Assembly (NCBI GenBank): GCA_004022145.1
Contig: RCNU01000001.1
Length of the DNA: 64,000 nucleotides
Source: Paecilomyces variotii
Taxonomy: Eukaryota
Reading direction: 5' to 3' (one strand)
Shown here: positions 24,918 to 40,066 of the stretch, piece after piece
Layout: every line of letters starts with the position of its first letter
Numbering within the stretch: position 1 is the first letter of the stretch
Position numbers and translations under genes: made by a program
The notes under the pieces: generated by a model
What the model saw: only the letters and a program-made list of their open reading frames with translations
Databases searched by the model: none
Told to the model about the DNA's origin: nothing

Positions 24918-26145
24918 ATGTCACAGATCACTGCTAGCCAGGCAGCTGCACTGGCTTCCTTCAAGGCATCATGCGCCGAGAGAGGACTTCTTGAGCATGC
25001 TGATGATTTGAAAGATGGAGACTTACCAGATGGGATAACTGACGACAGTACTCTTCTGTGAGTTAACCTTATGAATATAACACTACAATACAGAGGGAGG
25101 GAACTAAATTAGCAGACGTTTCCTGGAAGGCAACCAGATGGACGCTTCAAAAGCTCTCATGCAATTTGAAGAAGCCACACAGTTCCATAAAAAGAATGAA
25201 GCCGTTAAACTGTACGATTTGATAAACGTGACTGATTTTGAGGACACTAGGAAGCTTGTTGGATGGGCCTTTCTTCAATCTCTATTCGATGGAGACTAAC
25301 GAGTACTCTACTCAGTACCCGCACTGGACAGGTCGTCGCGATAACCGAGGCTTGCCCATCATGATGATCGAGATGTCCTCCTTGAATCAAAATTCAGTGA
25401 CCCATTGGCGCCAGACGAAGGACATGCCCAATTGCAGTACCGATACATCCAGAAAGACTATATTGTCTCCCAATATGGCACAGCGAGCTTGTGTACATCA
25501 CGATTATTCGACACGTTTCATATTCCCACTTTGTTCTGCAATGCGAGATCGACCAAACCCGTCTGAGCGAATAAGGAAATCTATCTATATCGTGGATGCA
25601 TCTTCACTCTGTCTGAAACAAGCCTGGGACCTGAGAGAGTTTGCTCAAGACATTAGTTGGATACTGTCGACCTGTTACCCTGAGACCATCGAGCGGATTT
25701 TTGTAAGTACTCTCTTCCTCGGTTCCATTTAATTCAGCGCTCATGTTGATAATGTGATGTGTGAATCTACCAGGTCTGTAGTGCGCCTTTATACTTTTCC
25801 AAGATTTGGGGAGTTCTGAAGAGATTTGTCAACCCAGCAACTGCCGAGAAGATCGTGGTTTTGAGGACAGCTGAAGTTTATCCCACACTGAGCAAGTACA
25901 CCGACCATAAACATATCCCTGTTCAATTCGGTGGAGAGTTTGTCTTTACGAACGGCATGCTTCCCGATCTGGATGATAAGATACGGCAGGAATCACAATG
26001 GGTCGGCCCTTTCAATGGAGATCTTCCTCCTGGTCCCATCAAATGGGTTCGGGAGTCACCAGGACACATGAAGGCAGCAGCCACGGGGACTTCTGATGGG
26101 GTTCGGAGAGCAGAAGATGTTGTTATCATGAAGGACAATGATTGA
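24918..26145 (+). CDS. Sec14/CRAL-TRIO lipid-binding/transfer protein, 4 exons, about 345 aa
   Basis: Spliced product: MSQITASQAAALASFKASCAERGLL...DDSTLL/RFLEGNQMDASKALMQF (CRAL-TRIO N) ...YPHWTGRRDNRGLP...SIYIVDASSLCLKQAWDL...CYPETIERIF/VCSAPLYFSKIWGVLKRFVNPATAEKI...HIPVQFGG. These are the canonical Sec14-fold motifs. The second intron has a weak GTTGGA donor. Confidence 0.88.
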
Positions 26146-27124
26146 AATTGAGGGAATATAGATGGATTCGAAATATAACAATAAGTTCCAGAAAGAGAAC
26201 ACAACAGCACTCGTTTGGCCACTGTTCCGGTAATACTCCCCGCCGATGGTACTTATTTTTCTTCTCCATAACAATAGTCCAGAAGAAGCCACGAACAAGC
26301 TCTATTGGTTTGATTGCGCCTCAACGTTCCGGACCGTGACGGCTATAGCCTTCCCCTCGGCAGGCATTAGTCCTAAGTACCCCGCAAACTCAAGGTTTCC
26401 GCGGGGTGAACTAAGAATTCTTGCTATTCGAATGTTTGTGTACACCAAAGCACTGTGACACATTGGAGAAAAGCCATTCTTCATCAAGATACCGTAACCT
26501 ATCCGAGTACGTGAACTACCAACCCTCGTGGTGTCCACCTCGGCTCGTTTCCGAGCCACTTTCGTGTATATCAGATTCAGGCAAGGGAGCCACTCCCGAA
26601 CGTCGACAATCCACAACCGTCTGTCGGCTGTCTGGACGCCATGTGCTCGAGGGCGGGGATATGTAGGAAAAGCTTGTCCACAGCTTGGCCAGGAGCCTAG
26701 CTTTGTCTTCTGGAAGCCAAAAGAGGCCGATTTGTGTCGGCATTTGCCGAACCTGTGCACACACTAACTAAGTAGGTGCTTATGTCGCACGTAAAAGAAA
26801 AACGCGAAAAAAAACCGAGTGTCGTTCAGACCGTCTGGATTTCTCTGACACTAAACCCCGCGCAGCTTGCCACTATACACGATAGTATGCTAAAAAGCCG
26901 AAATTTAGCTACACGCGATAAGAGATTCCGGAATGGCGACAAGATATGGCCACCGTACCACACTGAAACGCGCTTATTCGTGTCTAGCTTCGGATAACAG
27001 ACTTAAGTGGTATTCTAGAATGTGACCTGTCGCTCTTCTAAGGCACTGAGAATATTCTTCCCCGTGGGGGACGACTTCTTCCTTTTTCTGCTTTCCCTCG
27101 CGCGACTTTCTCTCAGAATCAAAG

Positions 27125-28804
27125 ATGGAGGCAGGATATCTTGAACCAGAGAAGGTCACGGAGACAGCTCTGAGGGAGGTCCCCGTCGAGGAGAGGAACA
27201 TCGTCAAGCCCTCTGGTTTTCTTGCTCGTTTTCGCTACTATGAGGAGCTCTTGGATCGCAAAATGGGGGTTGAGTCGCATAGTCTCGACCGAGTGCATCC
27301 CGAGGACCGCAAACCGCCAAACCCACTTGTGATGGCCTTCATGTGGGCATCGGCGACGATGAATCTGAGCTGTTTCAGTACCGGATTCCTGGGAAACCAA
27401 TTCGGGCTGTCACTATCACAAACCATCCCGATCACAATCTTTGCAACATTGCTTGGTAGTGCTGTTACGGTTCGGAACATTCCCAGCTGATAAGATGAGA
27501 TGCCTACAGATCTAGATACTGGAGGATCTCTGTTTCTCTTACGTCGCTTACTCTTGTCTGTTAGGGATGGTGTGCAACTATGGGCCCCGGTACTGGCCTT
27601 CGTCAGGTAGCGATATCCAGATACTCCTTTGGTTTCTACCCGTCGTCGATCATTGCCGCCCTGAATGTCGTCGAGCAGCTTGGCTGGTCTTCCGTAAGCT
27701 GTATCACAGGAGGCCTCGCCCTCAGCGCCGTATCTGACGGTCGTGTCTCGATTGCGGTTGGAGTGGTTATCGTTGCAGTGGTCAGTCTGCTATTTAGCTT
27801 CGTTGGGCTGAGGGGCGTCCTTGCGTATGAAAAATATGCCTGGATCCTATTCTTCATCATCTTCATGATTATCTATGGAGAAGCTGCGCACCGCGCAGAC
27901 CTGAAAGCACCACCGAAGGTAACAGGAATGACACAGTCCGGCCAGGCCTTGAGTCTCATCAGCGTGGTCTATGGATCGAGCGCGTCCTGGAGCTCAATTG
28001 TGTCTGATTTCTACGTGCATTACCCGGTCAACACGCCAAAGATCAAGATCTTCCTTTACACGTGTCTGGGCATAACCATTCCGACATGTATCGGAATGCT
28101 GCTGGGTTGTGCCGTCAGCTCAGCCCTCGCAACCAATCCTGAATGGTCTGCTGCATACGATGGTGGAATCGGTGAACTCCTCCAAGTTATCATCTATCCC
28201 AGGGGTTTTGCAAAGCTTCTACTCGTATTACTCGTCCTTTCCGGAAGTAAGTACTTAATGATAAGTATTCTCCACCCAAAATTAGTAACTAACAACTCTC
28301 TCTCTCATAGTTGGCGTGAACTGTATCGCCATATACGCCGGCGCGCTTTCCGCTCAACTATTTGCTAAACCATTCCAGGCAGTTCCCCGAACCATCTGGA
28401 CCATCATTGTCTTTGGATGTATCCTCGTCATCGGCATCGCCGGACGAGATCACCTGCTCGAAGTACTCGAAAACTTTCTCTCCCTCCTAGGCTACTGGAA
28501 TACCTCATTTTTCGTCATCCTCTTCTTAGAACACTACCTCTTCCGCGGAGGCAACCTGGCAAACTACGACCTGGACGCGTGGAATACTCCTTCGAAGCTA
28601 CCCGTCGGAATCGCAGGTCTCACGGCCTTCCTGTGCGGAATGGCGGGTTGGGTTGTCGGGATGGTGGAGACGTATTATGTCGGGGTCATTGCGAAGATGA
28701 TCGGTCATTATGGGGGCGATGTTGCTAATGAGTTGGCTCTGGTGTTTTCGGCTGTTTCGTATGTGCCGTTGAGGAAGTTGGAATTGAAGTATATTGGACG
28801 ATAG
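27125..28804 (+). CDS. NCS1-family purine-cytosine (Fcy-like) permease, 3 exons
   Basis: MWASATMNLSCFSTG, GPGTGLRQVAISRYSFG, SWSSIVSDFYVHYP and LENFLSLLGYW motifs; many hydrophobic segments. Confidence 0.9.
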
Positions 28805-29326
28805 ATGAGATGAGATATATATATCTACCAATATATATCAAAAACGGTAATTTATAGGATTGTAAACTTACGCGCCTTGAAATAGAATCACCGGCTAAAT
28901 AAGCAATAATTACCAGGCAGTCGGGATTGGCGCACTGGCGAGGGGGTCGACATAGAGTGATATATTGCAGTCTGGGTCTCCATAGGGGACATGTGATGCA
29001 TTGAAAAAGTATAGGTTTGCGTCTTGGATTCGAAATCGAAAGCCGGGAATACATATATATTGAAAGCCTCTAGACGAACCAACAATGTTTACGTCTGACT
29101 CGAAGAGGAAATTCTGTATTATGTAAATATATATGCAGTTTACCTGACGTGTCGTCAATGTTCTTATGTGTATTACGATGACTCCGAGCATTCAGTGAGT
29201 TAGCTACAAGTGATCTTTGAGCGACACTGAGTATGAGACTTCACTGCTGGGGTTCTCGAACCAAGAAGAGAGTCTACTCGGAGCATCCCACACATTTTGA
29301 TTATTAAATTTGATTAAATGCTTCAC

Positions 29327-29351
29327 AAAAAAAAAAAAAAAAAAAAAAAAA
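29327..29351. repeat. A25 homopolymer
   Basis: 25 consecutive A residues in intergenic DNA. Confidence 0.9.
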
Positions 29352-31780
29352 GAGAGAAGGGAGGGGGTTAGGATAACCGACCGTTATCCGTCAGGCACAG
29401 GTAAAACCATTTTCCGGAGGGGCAGCCCATCTCAACCATGGATTCTTTCATTAACAGTAGAAGCTCATAGGTTCCAAGCTTGCGGCGTCCTGAAATAGAG
29501 GGGCAGGGATTCGGCATCCTACGGCCCTTTTTTGTGGTCTCTGTCGGGTAGAGGGAAGCCGGATGTGTGATTCGTCGTTCGGGAAGAAGTGCGGTGCAGA
29601 TCGCGCTGGATGCTTTGGGTCTACGGTGCGAACGGGATCGATCCGATAAGAGAAAATGTGGAAATTGATGGATTTGAGTGGGCTGCTGCGAGTTTTTGTG
29701 ATGGACCTATGCTTTTCGAGATGGGGTCTAGCCATGAGTTAATAAGTCAGGCAACGGGGTTGATCGCGGTTCATCCAGAGTTTCAGACGTTCTAGACGAG
29801 GGAGTGGGTTGGGTAGGGTTACTGAAGTTCGCACTGTCCTGCACGATCAGTAGAGGGGAGAGATATCACAATTTGGGAGAAGTTTGGCCTCCAGAAAAGG
29901 GATAAAAACATTGATGAGATTCTCGTACTTTCTCACGGCTGGACGCACTGAGTATTGTACAGTACGAGCGCCTGTGAGATGCCAATCTGATTAAGGGAAC
30001 GGTCGGGGCGAGTCGCCTATCTGGTTTCACAAGGACTGTGCTTAGGAACCGCCGCGGAACCTCGGATAGAGATTCGAAGAAAGACCATGGAAACGGCCAA
30101 GCCACGATGGAGAATGAGCAAAAACGACAGGGAAGTCCTTAGGGTTTGTATATGGACAACATTTGCTGCAGACCGATAAGATTCCAGTGATTGTCTACTT
30201 CGGGGGCATTCGGTGTTTATCTGGCCGTGTGCCATCGCCATAGGGTGCGCGGGATCATTCAACTTTGCGGAATCAAGACGGATGAGAGACATGGCCAGTG
30301 ACAGTCCGCGTCGCATGGTACTTTCGACGATTGGTTCGAGGGGCCCTATTTTCAGCACCTTATTTAGTCTGGACGCAGCATGAAGGACTACTAGTTATGT
30401 ACCGATAGAATGCAAGGGTATATCGCCCGTATCGAGTAATACGGGCGATGGAGGACGGAATGATTTCAGCATTGGGCCGTGGACAGGAGGGGCACCTGCA
30501 CTCGGATACGACCGTGTTCCATCCTGACAGAGCGCAAGGGCCGGTTGGGCCAGAGAGACATCTAGTGCCTGCTGTCGTTGAGTTGGACGGTCTCATGAAC
30601 CACGATGGATCAGGCAGAAGGAAAACACGGAGATGTAGATGGCCCTTTCCGCTGTGTTGGTATAATGAAGAATGTTCAGACGCCCTGTTGATGCGCTGTC
30701 CCTTGACGTGGTAACCCCGCCTCATTTGAGAAGACGGTGACATGTATAGAGTAGTCCTCAGTGGTCAAGTTAGTATATTACCCAAATCAGTAAGTAATGC
30801 ACATAAATGGAATCGAGAGTAAGACAGTAGTATATTGGCACATCATCCAGATTGGATTTGAGCTTCCTCATGCGAACTGTATGGATGTCTTGGGACGACT
30901 CGTTGCTAGCTCGTAGCTTGCTTTTGGCACGACGAACATGCTAAGAAATCAGCATCAGCATCACTGCAGCAGTTGGTCCTGGCAGATGCATCCTAGCCAC
31001 AAACTAGTCTATCTAGATACACCATTGTTGGCGGACAAGAGAAGATCCAGCCTGTCGAACCGGGCTGGTGATGATTATCTATGGTGCCTGCGTTTTGCCC
31101 CGTTGGAGGTGTGCCTCTTGTCTTTGCGCCTGAGAGAGGCTGTGCCGCACTGCGAACTCATCGCCCAGCTAGTTAAGTATGGTATCCCAGAAAGAATAAT
31201 AATCTCTGTGGATGAGACGATCGCTGGCGACTCCACCGCAGCAAAGCGTTGTTGTGAGCTTCTTTCCACTTTGCTTCTTCCCGCTTGCTGGGCCAGACGT
31301 CGCTTGTCTGGCTCTCTCGCTTGTCCCCGTCTCTTGTCGTCTGGACCCAAACCTTCATCGTCCTCTCCGTCGAACTCTCTCCATCTCCATGTCGCGTTAT
31401 TCTTCTTTGTTGTAGCTGTTTGTGCGGGCTCTCAGTGTCTCCTGCTGGAGGCTTTTATCCCAGCAGCATTGTTGATTGCGATTCTTTCTTCATTGCCACT
31501 GACCCTCTGGCGTTATTTGCCTTCCCCGAACGCCTTTCCCCGCCCGGTGACTCCACGTGCTTGTTGCTATCACCGGCCCTGTCACAGCTGCTTTTGCCCG
31601 TCTCCCTTGCGTTGCCATCTGCTTAATCCTCCCCCCGCCAGCTGCTCGTGCTGCTGCATTGTCCATCTAAAATCAGATCAAGAAGGCTGGCAGAGCCAGA
31701 CTGCCGCCTTATAGGTGGCTTTGCACCACCGCCCTATCGCCCAGCCTGTCCTGCAACGGCTGCACCCGTCATCTGCCGCC

Positions 31781-34641
<2,861 letters not shown>

Positions 34642-36908
34642 ATGACATTCCCATTTATCTGTCTGTCCCCTTATCACGTCCATTTCCTCTACTCTATTAT
34701 ACCCCGATGTCACCGTGCCAGTTGTCAAGGCTTCTGTCCACATATTACCACCGGAGAGCGGCGATATCTTTTCATGTCTATCATTTGCCACGTTTTAGAT
34801 GTCGATGGTTTCTTCACGGGACTTGCCTTATGTTATTTACCCCCAGGTCAGCGACCCTGTTTTATTCCCGATGTCATGGAATTCCCTCGGCCTTACGGTA
34901 TCATGCCTTATGTGACTCTTTGAGTTTTTATGAATCTGAGATGCTAGTGCAATACGTCCTTTGAGAAAGTCTGATCTGTGTTTTTCAGTTATCCTGCACC
35001 CGTTTACTTGCAGTATCTGAGACACAATATTCCCAACAGAAAAGCAGTCGGCAAAGGCGCAACCTCCGAAAGAATCGATGATTCGTCACGTCCTTGAAGG
35101 TCAGGTAGCCTTACTCATCCATCTCAGGTGTCCTAGGGTGCAGATACCTTGTTATTTTTTCCTTGTCAGAAAGTTGCAAGATGAAGAGATGTTATAAGGT
35201 ACGGGTCAATCCCTCTTGTCATGCTTTCATGAAAAGTATATGCGGGAGTCATCCCTTTTTTTTCTTCTCTCGATCAGGCTCGTCCAAGCCCGTGTCGTTC
35301 GATGTATGTACATAGGCGCAGAACATAGGTACCGCCCGAATTTCCCAGTCAATCTAGTTTGGGGAAATAGATATTTAGAACTTGTGGTGTTCTATTCCAG
35401 TGGTCCGCATTCCTTTCCTGCGACCATCAAGTTTAAGACGCGTGAGATCGAGCGTATTTACCTGTACAAATCTTATCTGGAACGACGAGTTCTAGACGGA
35501 ATATACTAGAGCTGTAAAGAAAGTGGCCTTGTGAAAAAATCATTTTGAGTCCTCACTGCTTACTTTAGGCTGGAAGGGCATTTGATCTTTACCCATGAGA
35601 CATGCCAGTGCGCTAACTACGTAGTACCTCAGTACGGAGTACTACCTGTCCCCCAAAATGCAGCTCACCAAAAGCCATTTCCATCCCGGGACAGGAGCAT
35701 TGCTACTTTACTTATGTGAATGCGAGCTGAAGAAAGCTGTCCGCAACGGTAGGTTGCGTTTTCACAAAACAAGTTTTCTAGCACTGGGCTATTATTCTGC
35801 AATATGAAAACTGCACTGGAACAATCAGAACTATAAAAACGATAGTAAATAATATAGTGCCAACAATATGATCGTTACTCTGCGGCAGCTAGTTATATGA
35901 CGAGTTCACTAGGCCCTGGCAAGTTTGTTTTTGAACTCAGGAATTACTGAAATTTTGTTGCCATAGGCCGTGAGATTAATACGTGCATTCCCTCACCTTG
36001 AAACCTTGGGATGACCTTCGATGGACCGTTGACGATTGCCAGGATCATCAACCTTTGATAGGCAACAGGAGATTTGCAAATTTTAATTGTTTAAGCACAG
36101 CACAAGTTACGGGGATAAATCACTGCTTTTTTGTCTTCATAACTCGTTACAGCATGTCTCGATTTCGCACTTCCAGCAAGACTTCAGATATTGATCATAG
36201 AGATCTCTCACAAGAAAGAGAAAACGGTCAGCACATTTGCTCGTCTTCCGCTGGAGTTACTGTCAATGATTCTCTGCATGTCAGATGAGAGATCTTCAGA
36301 CAAGATCGGCTTAGAAGATGAAAAGAAGGAACTTGTCTGCTGTGACAAGTGAGCTTCTCGCAGAGCAAAAATGGATCATCCAGCATCGTCATAGTTAACT
36401 TAAGTAGCCTTCCCAGCGCCCGCTTACTCACCCGCGCAGTGAGCCACTCAGCGCTTGCGCAGCCGCTCTCCGCCTACTTGATGATCACTCGCTCCGCCCG
36501 CTCCTCCAGGTTGCAGCGTTTCCCATTGCTACCCTCGCCGCAGACTCGTTCTCTCTTCGAGATTATACTGATTAAACTCTGAACTAAAAGACCTCTCACA
36601 TATCACTCGCTCATCTGTGTGGGAGACGACGAAGTCCTCCGCTTCTTTCTCAGTCGCCGTGCCGGGGAGGTTACTTAGGCTGCGAACGTCTCCGCGCTCC
36701 GTGAAATCTATCCAAGGTGTCAACATTTCTGAACTGGTTGGATTGATTGTGCTGCCGGATCTTGGACCCAGTCTACGGTTTATTCCAGGTCGCAATACTG
36801 CGAACAGTTTGATTCTTCTCGGACTGTTTCTCTGTGCTTGGCAGTCGTTATAGAGGGGTAGAAGGGTAGCTTGGTCTAGTGTGGTGGTTGGAGACACCAT
36901 TGTTCGCC

Positions 36909-39365
36909 ATGTTTCGAGCGCAACAGAACGCCTTCGACGACGCCGTCGGTGAGTACCAATTATTTCTTACTGTTGTTCATGAGCGCACGCATGAGTGGAT
37001 TATTAGCTCTTATTCTTGCTTCCATATGATGACCACATCGCTTGACACAATGTACTTCATGCTGACCTTCCTTTTCTATATAGCCAAGGCGACGGATGAG
37101 AACCTTACCTCCGAGAACTGGGAATATATCCTAGTACGTCCTCTATTCCATTCACCCTTTCGATATTATTCTGCGTTCGGATAAGGGAGCTGACCGGGTT
37201 ATTCCGTGCTCTAGGATGTTTGCGATAAGGTCTCCGCTGAGGAGTCAGGGTATGATTATCTGATGGTGTGGGCAGACGGGGAAACGAGATGCTGATGGAA
37301 TGGCATAAATACAGGGCAAAGGATGCTGTTGCGGCTTTGATCAAGAGACTGGCGCACCGCAATGCCAATGTCCAGCTTTACACCCTGGAGGTACAGTCAC
37401 TGGTCTGGCCCTTTGGATATTATGGTCGGTCGCTGATTCTGGAAATTATAGCTTGCAAACGCTCTGTCGCAGAACTGCGGTCCGGTTATCCATCGCGAAC
37501 TGGCGTCTAGGAGCTTTACCGATTCGTTGTTGCGTCTCGCCAATGATAGGGTAAGTTCGACTTTCAAGATCAGCTTCGTTCCTATGATGGATGAATCGCA
37601 GGATTACTGATATACTTTTGTGTCATCCATAGAACACACACCAACAAGTCAAATCAAAGATAGTCGAACGTATGGAGGAGTGGACAGAGATGTTTTCTAG
37701 CAATCCCGATTTCGGTATTATGGAGCAGGCATATATGAAGCTGAAGACAACCAGTGTGTAATTTGCAAAGATATTCTGTTCATTCTCTTACTGACGTTGC
37801 ACAGACCCAAGCCTGCGGCCTCCTTCGAAGCCTACAAAACGCCAAATCACAGACATTGACCGTCAGAAGGAAGAGGAAGAGTTGCAGATGGCCCTTGCCC
37901 TGTCGGTAAAGGACAAGACAGCCGCCGGTCCATCCACACAATCGCAGGCCGCTGCTCCATCCAGTTCATCGCCCGCTGCGCAGACCACTCAGTCAGCCGC
38001 TCCTCAGCCAGTTCCGTCAGGAACAACTGCTGCAACCGTTTCACGTGTCAGGGCGCTATACGACTTCCAGCCATCAGAGCCCGGAGAACTGCAGTTCCGT
38101 AAGGGTGATATCATTGCTGTCATAGAATCCGTGTATAAGGATTGGTGGAAGGGTTCAATCAGAGGACAGACAGGCATTTTCCCGTTGAACTATGTGGAAA
38201 AGCTTCCCGATCCAACAGAGCAGGATTTGCAGCGCGAAGCTCAGATGGAAGCAGAAGTCTTTTCACAGATCAAGAATGTCGAAAAGCTGTTGACACTTCT
38301 GAGTACTAGCGGTTCGGAGCTCAACGTCCAAGACAACGAAGAAATAACCTCATTATATCACTCAACGTTGGCAATCCGGCCAAAGTTGATCGAATTGATC
38401 GGAAAATATTCGCAAAAGAAAGGTCCGTTATGCTGTTATTTACCCTTTGGTGGTTTCCTTCCATACTCACAGTCGTAGATGAGTTTACCCAGTTGAACGA
38501 GAGATTCATCAAGGCGCGAAGAGACTACGAAGCTCTGTTGGAGGCGTCAATGTCCCACCCGGCGCAGCCTCAGTATGGCAGGCCTGCACAGGCGCCTTAT
38601 GGTTATGCCGCTCCAGGCGCACCACAGGTGTACCCTCCTGGGGTTCCGCCTCCAGACCCCCAGAGATATTTCAGCCCCCGTCCTCAAGGTTCGTAGTTGA
38701 GTCGTATGCCAGGATTTCTTAGTTCTAATGTCTTACACTAAGCAGACTCTCAAACGCCGCAGCCAGGCTATTGTGGAGCGGAACAGGCGCAGCCTCCTTA
38801 TCCAACATCCTCTCAGTCGCCTGATCTGCGAAACAGGACACCTACTGGCGCACGTCCTCTGCAGCCCCAGCAACAGCCAGCTCCTGACTCCTACCAGCCT
38901 ACATACCACCGTCCCCAATCCACCTACGACAACCCCCAGGAGCTGGGGACGTCTGTTTACGACACGCCAGTCGAAAGTTCAACCGCGAACCAACCGCCAT
39001 TCTCTCATGGCGCACAGCATCCTCCTGCTCCTCACCAACAATTCCAGCAGGAGCAGCAGCAGCAGGACTATTCGCCGTCTGTCTACTCACCAGATGGTGG
39101 CCCTCCTCCTTCCAGTGCGGGCACTATCCAGCCGCCTCACTCCCAGTTCCCGCCGCCGCAACAACAACCGCCATATCCTACATCAACTATCCCTATGCAC
39201 CAGCCACCACCCTCTCACCAACCGCCTCCGATCCCCTCAGCTAGTCCTCAGCCTACGCCTTATCCATCTCTGAACGCCGGTGCGCCCCAAGGAAGTGGAT
39301 ATGAGGCATACAAGCCGCCACAGGCGAGCTCTGTGAACGCGAATCCGGCGTCGTACTATAGATAA
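36909..39365 (+). CDS. hse1: ESCRT-0 subunit Hse1/STAM (VHS-UIM-SH3-GAT), many small exons
   Basis: MFRAQQNAFDDAV/AKATDENLTSENWEYIL (VHS); EEEELQMALALS (UIM); VRALYDFQPSEPGELQFRKGD..WWKG..GIFPLNYV (SH3); P/Q-rich tail ending NPASYYR*. Confidence 0.95.
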
Positions 39366-39694
39366 GAGGCAGGCACGGGAATTATGAACGGTTGGACGGG
39401 ATCATGAAGGAGATGCGACGGAAATCTAGGTTGAATGACCCCAAACTCAGTTCTTGTCCTCTCACACTTGGCGTGTGCCGTTTCCATAACTGCACATATT
39501 ACTTTTAATGCTGTCATGACAGAAGCGTTGAAACTGTATGCTATTTAGGTACTGCTCTCGCGCGCTAGTAACTTTTTGGTCGAACTTGTAAAACTGAATC
39601 AAGGGGTAGCTCGAAGCATAAATACCCTTTCTAATCCTCCATACTTGAACATTGGCTGGGACCGTTGGAATAAATCCATGGTTCCTTTCCTATC

Positions 39695-39704
39695 ATCACG
39701 TGAT
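39695..39704. promoter_or_regulatory. Palindromic bHLH E-box ATCACGTGAT upstream of pan2
   Basis: Perfect 10-bp palindrome matching RTCACGTGAY (Cbf1/Tye7/SREBP class), about 360 bp upstream of the pan2 ATG. Function is not shown. Confidence 0.3.
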
Positions 39705-40066
39705 ATCGTGTCAACCGATGCTCCGTTGTCTTCAACTGTCTCTCGTCTTCCAACAGCAGCGCAGAGGATTGCGCTGATCCCCTTATTGACATTAACTTTT
39801 CTACTGCTGAAGGGCCTTCTTTTAGAGGGATCTGTCCCGCCTCTTCACATTCTGAACCCCTTGAATGAGACGGCCACTTCGGCATAAGATACGCCATCCC
39901 GCGAAAGCTACCCCGCGCTTCGCGTCCTCACGGTGAGGACGATGTCGCAGTTCACTCGGATTCCCATGCGGGTAGTATGATTGGAATCCTGAGATAACTT
40001 GCAGTCAAATATCATCGATACGTTGGGGCATACGCACCAGCCTCTGTGGTGGGTACCTGAGAGGCA

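Noticed and set aside
27125..28804. Permease as an exporter for the terpene product
   Set aside because: NCS1 proteins are nucleobase/vitamin importers; only positional association supports a link.
29400..30900. Short ORFs or a possible transposon relic after the A25 tract
   Set aside because: No transposase or reverse-transcriptase motifs, terminal repeats or recognisable protein features were seen.
35617..35646. Quasi-palindromic CTACGTAGTACC...GTACGGAGTACTAC tract (similar TAGGTA/TACCTA words near 45550, 59400 and 59915)
   Set aside because: Short low-complexity words common in Eurotiales intergenic DNA; no element boundaries could be defined.
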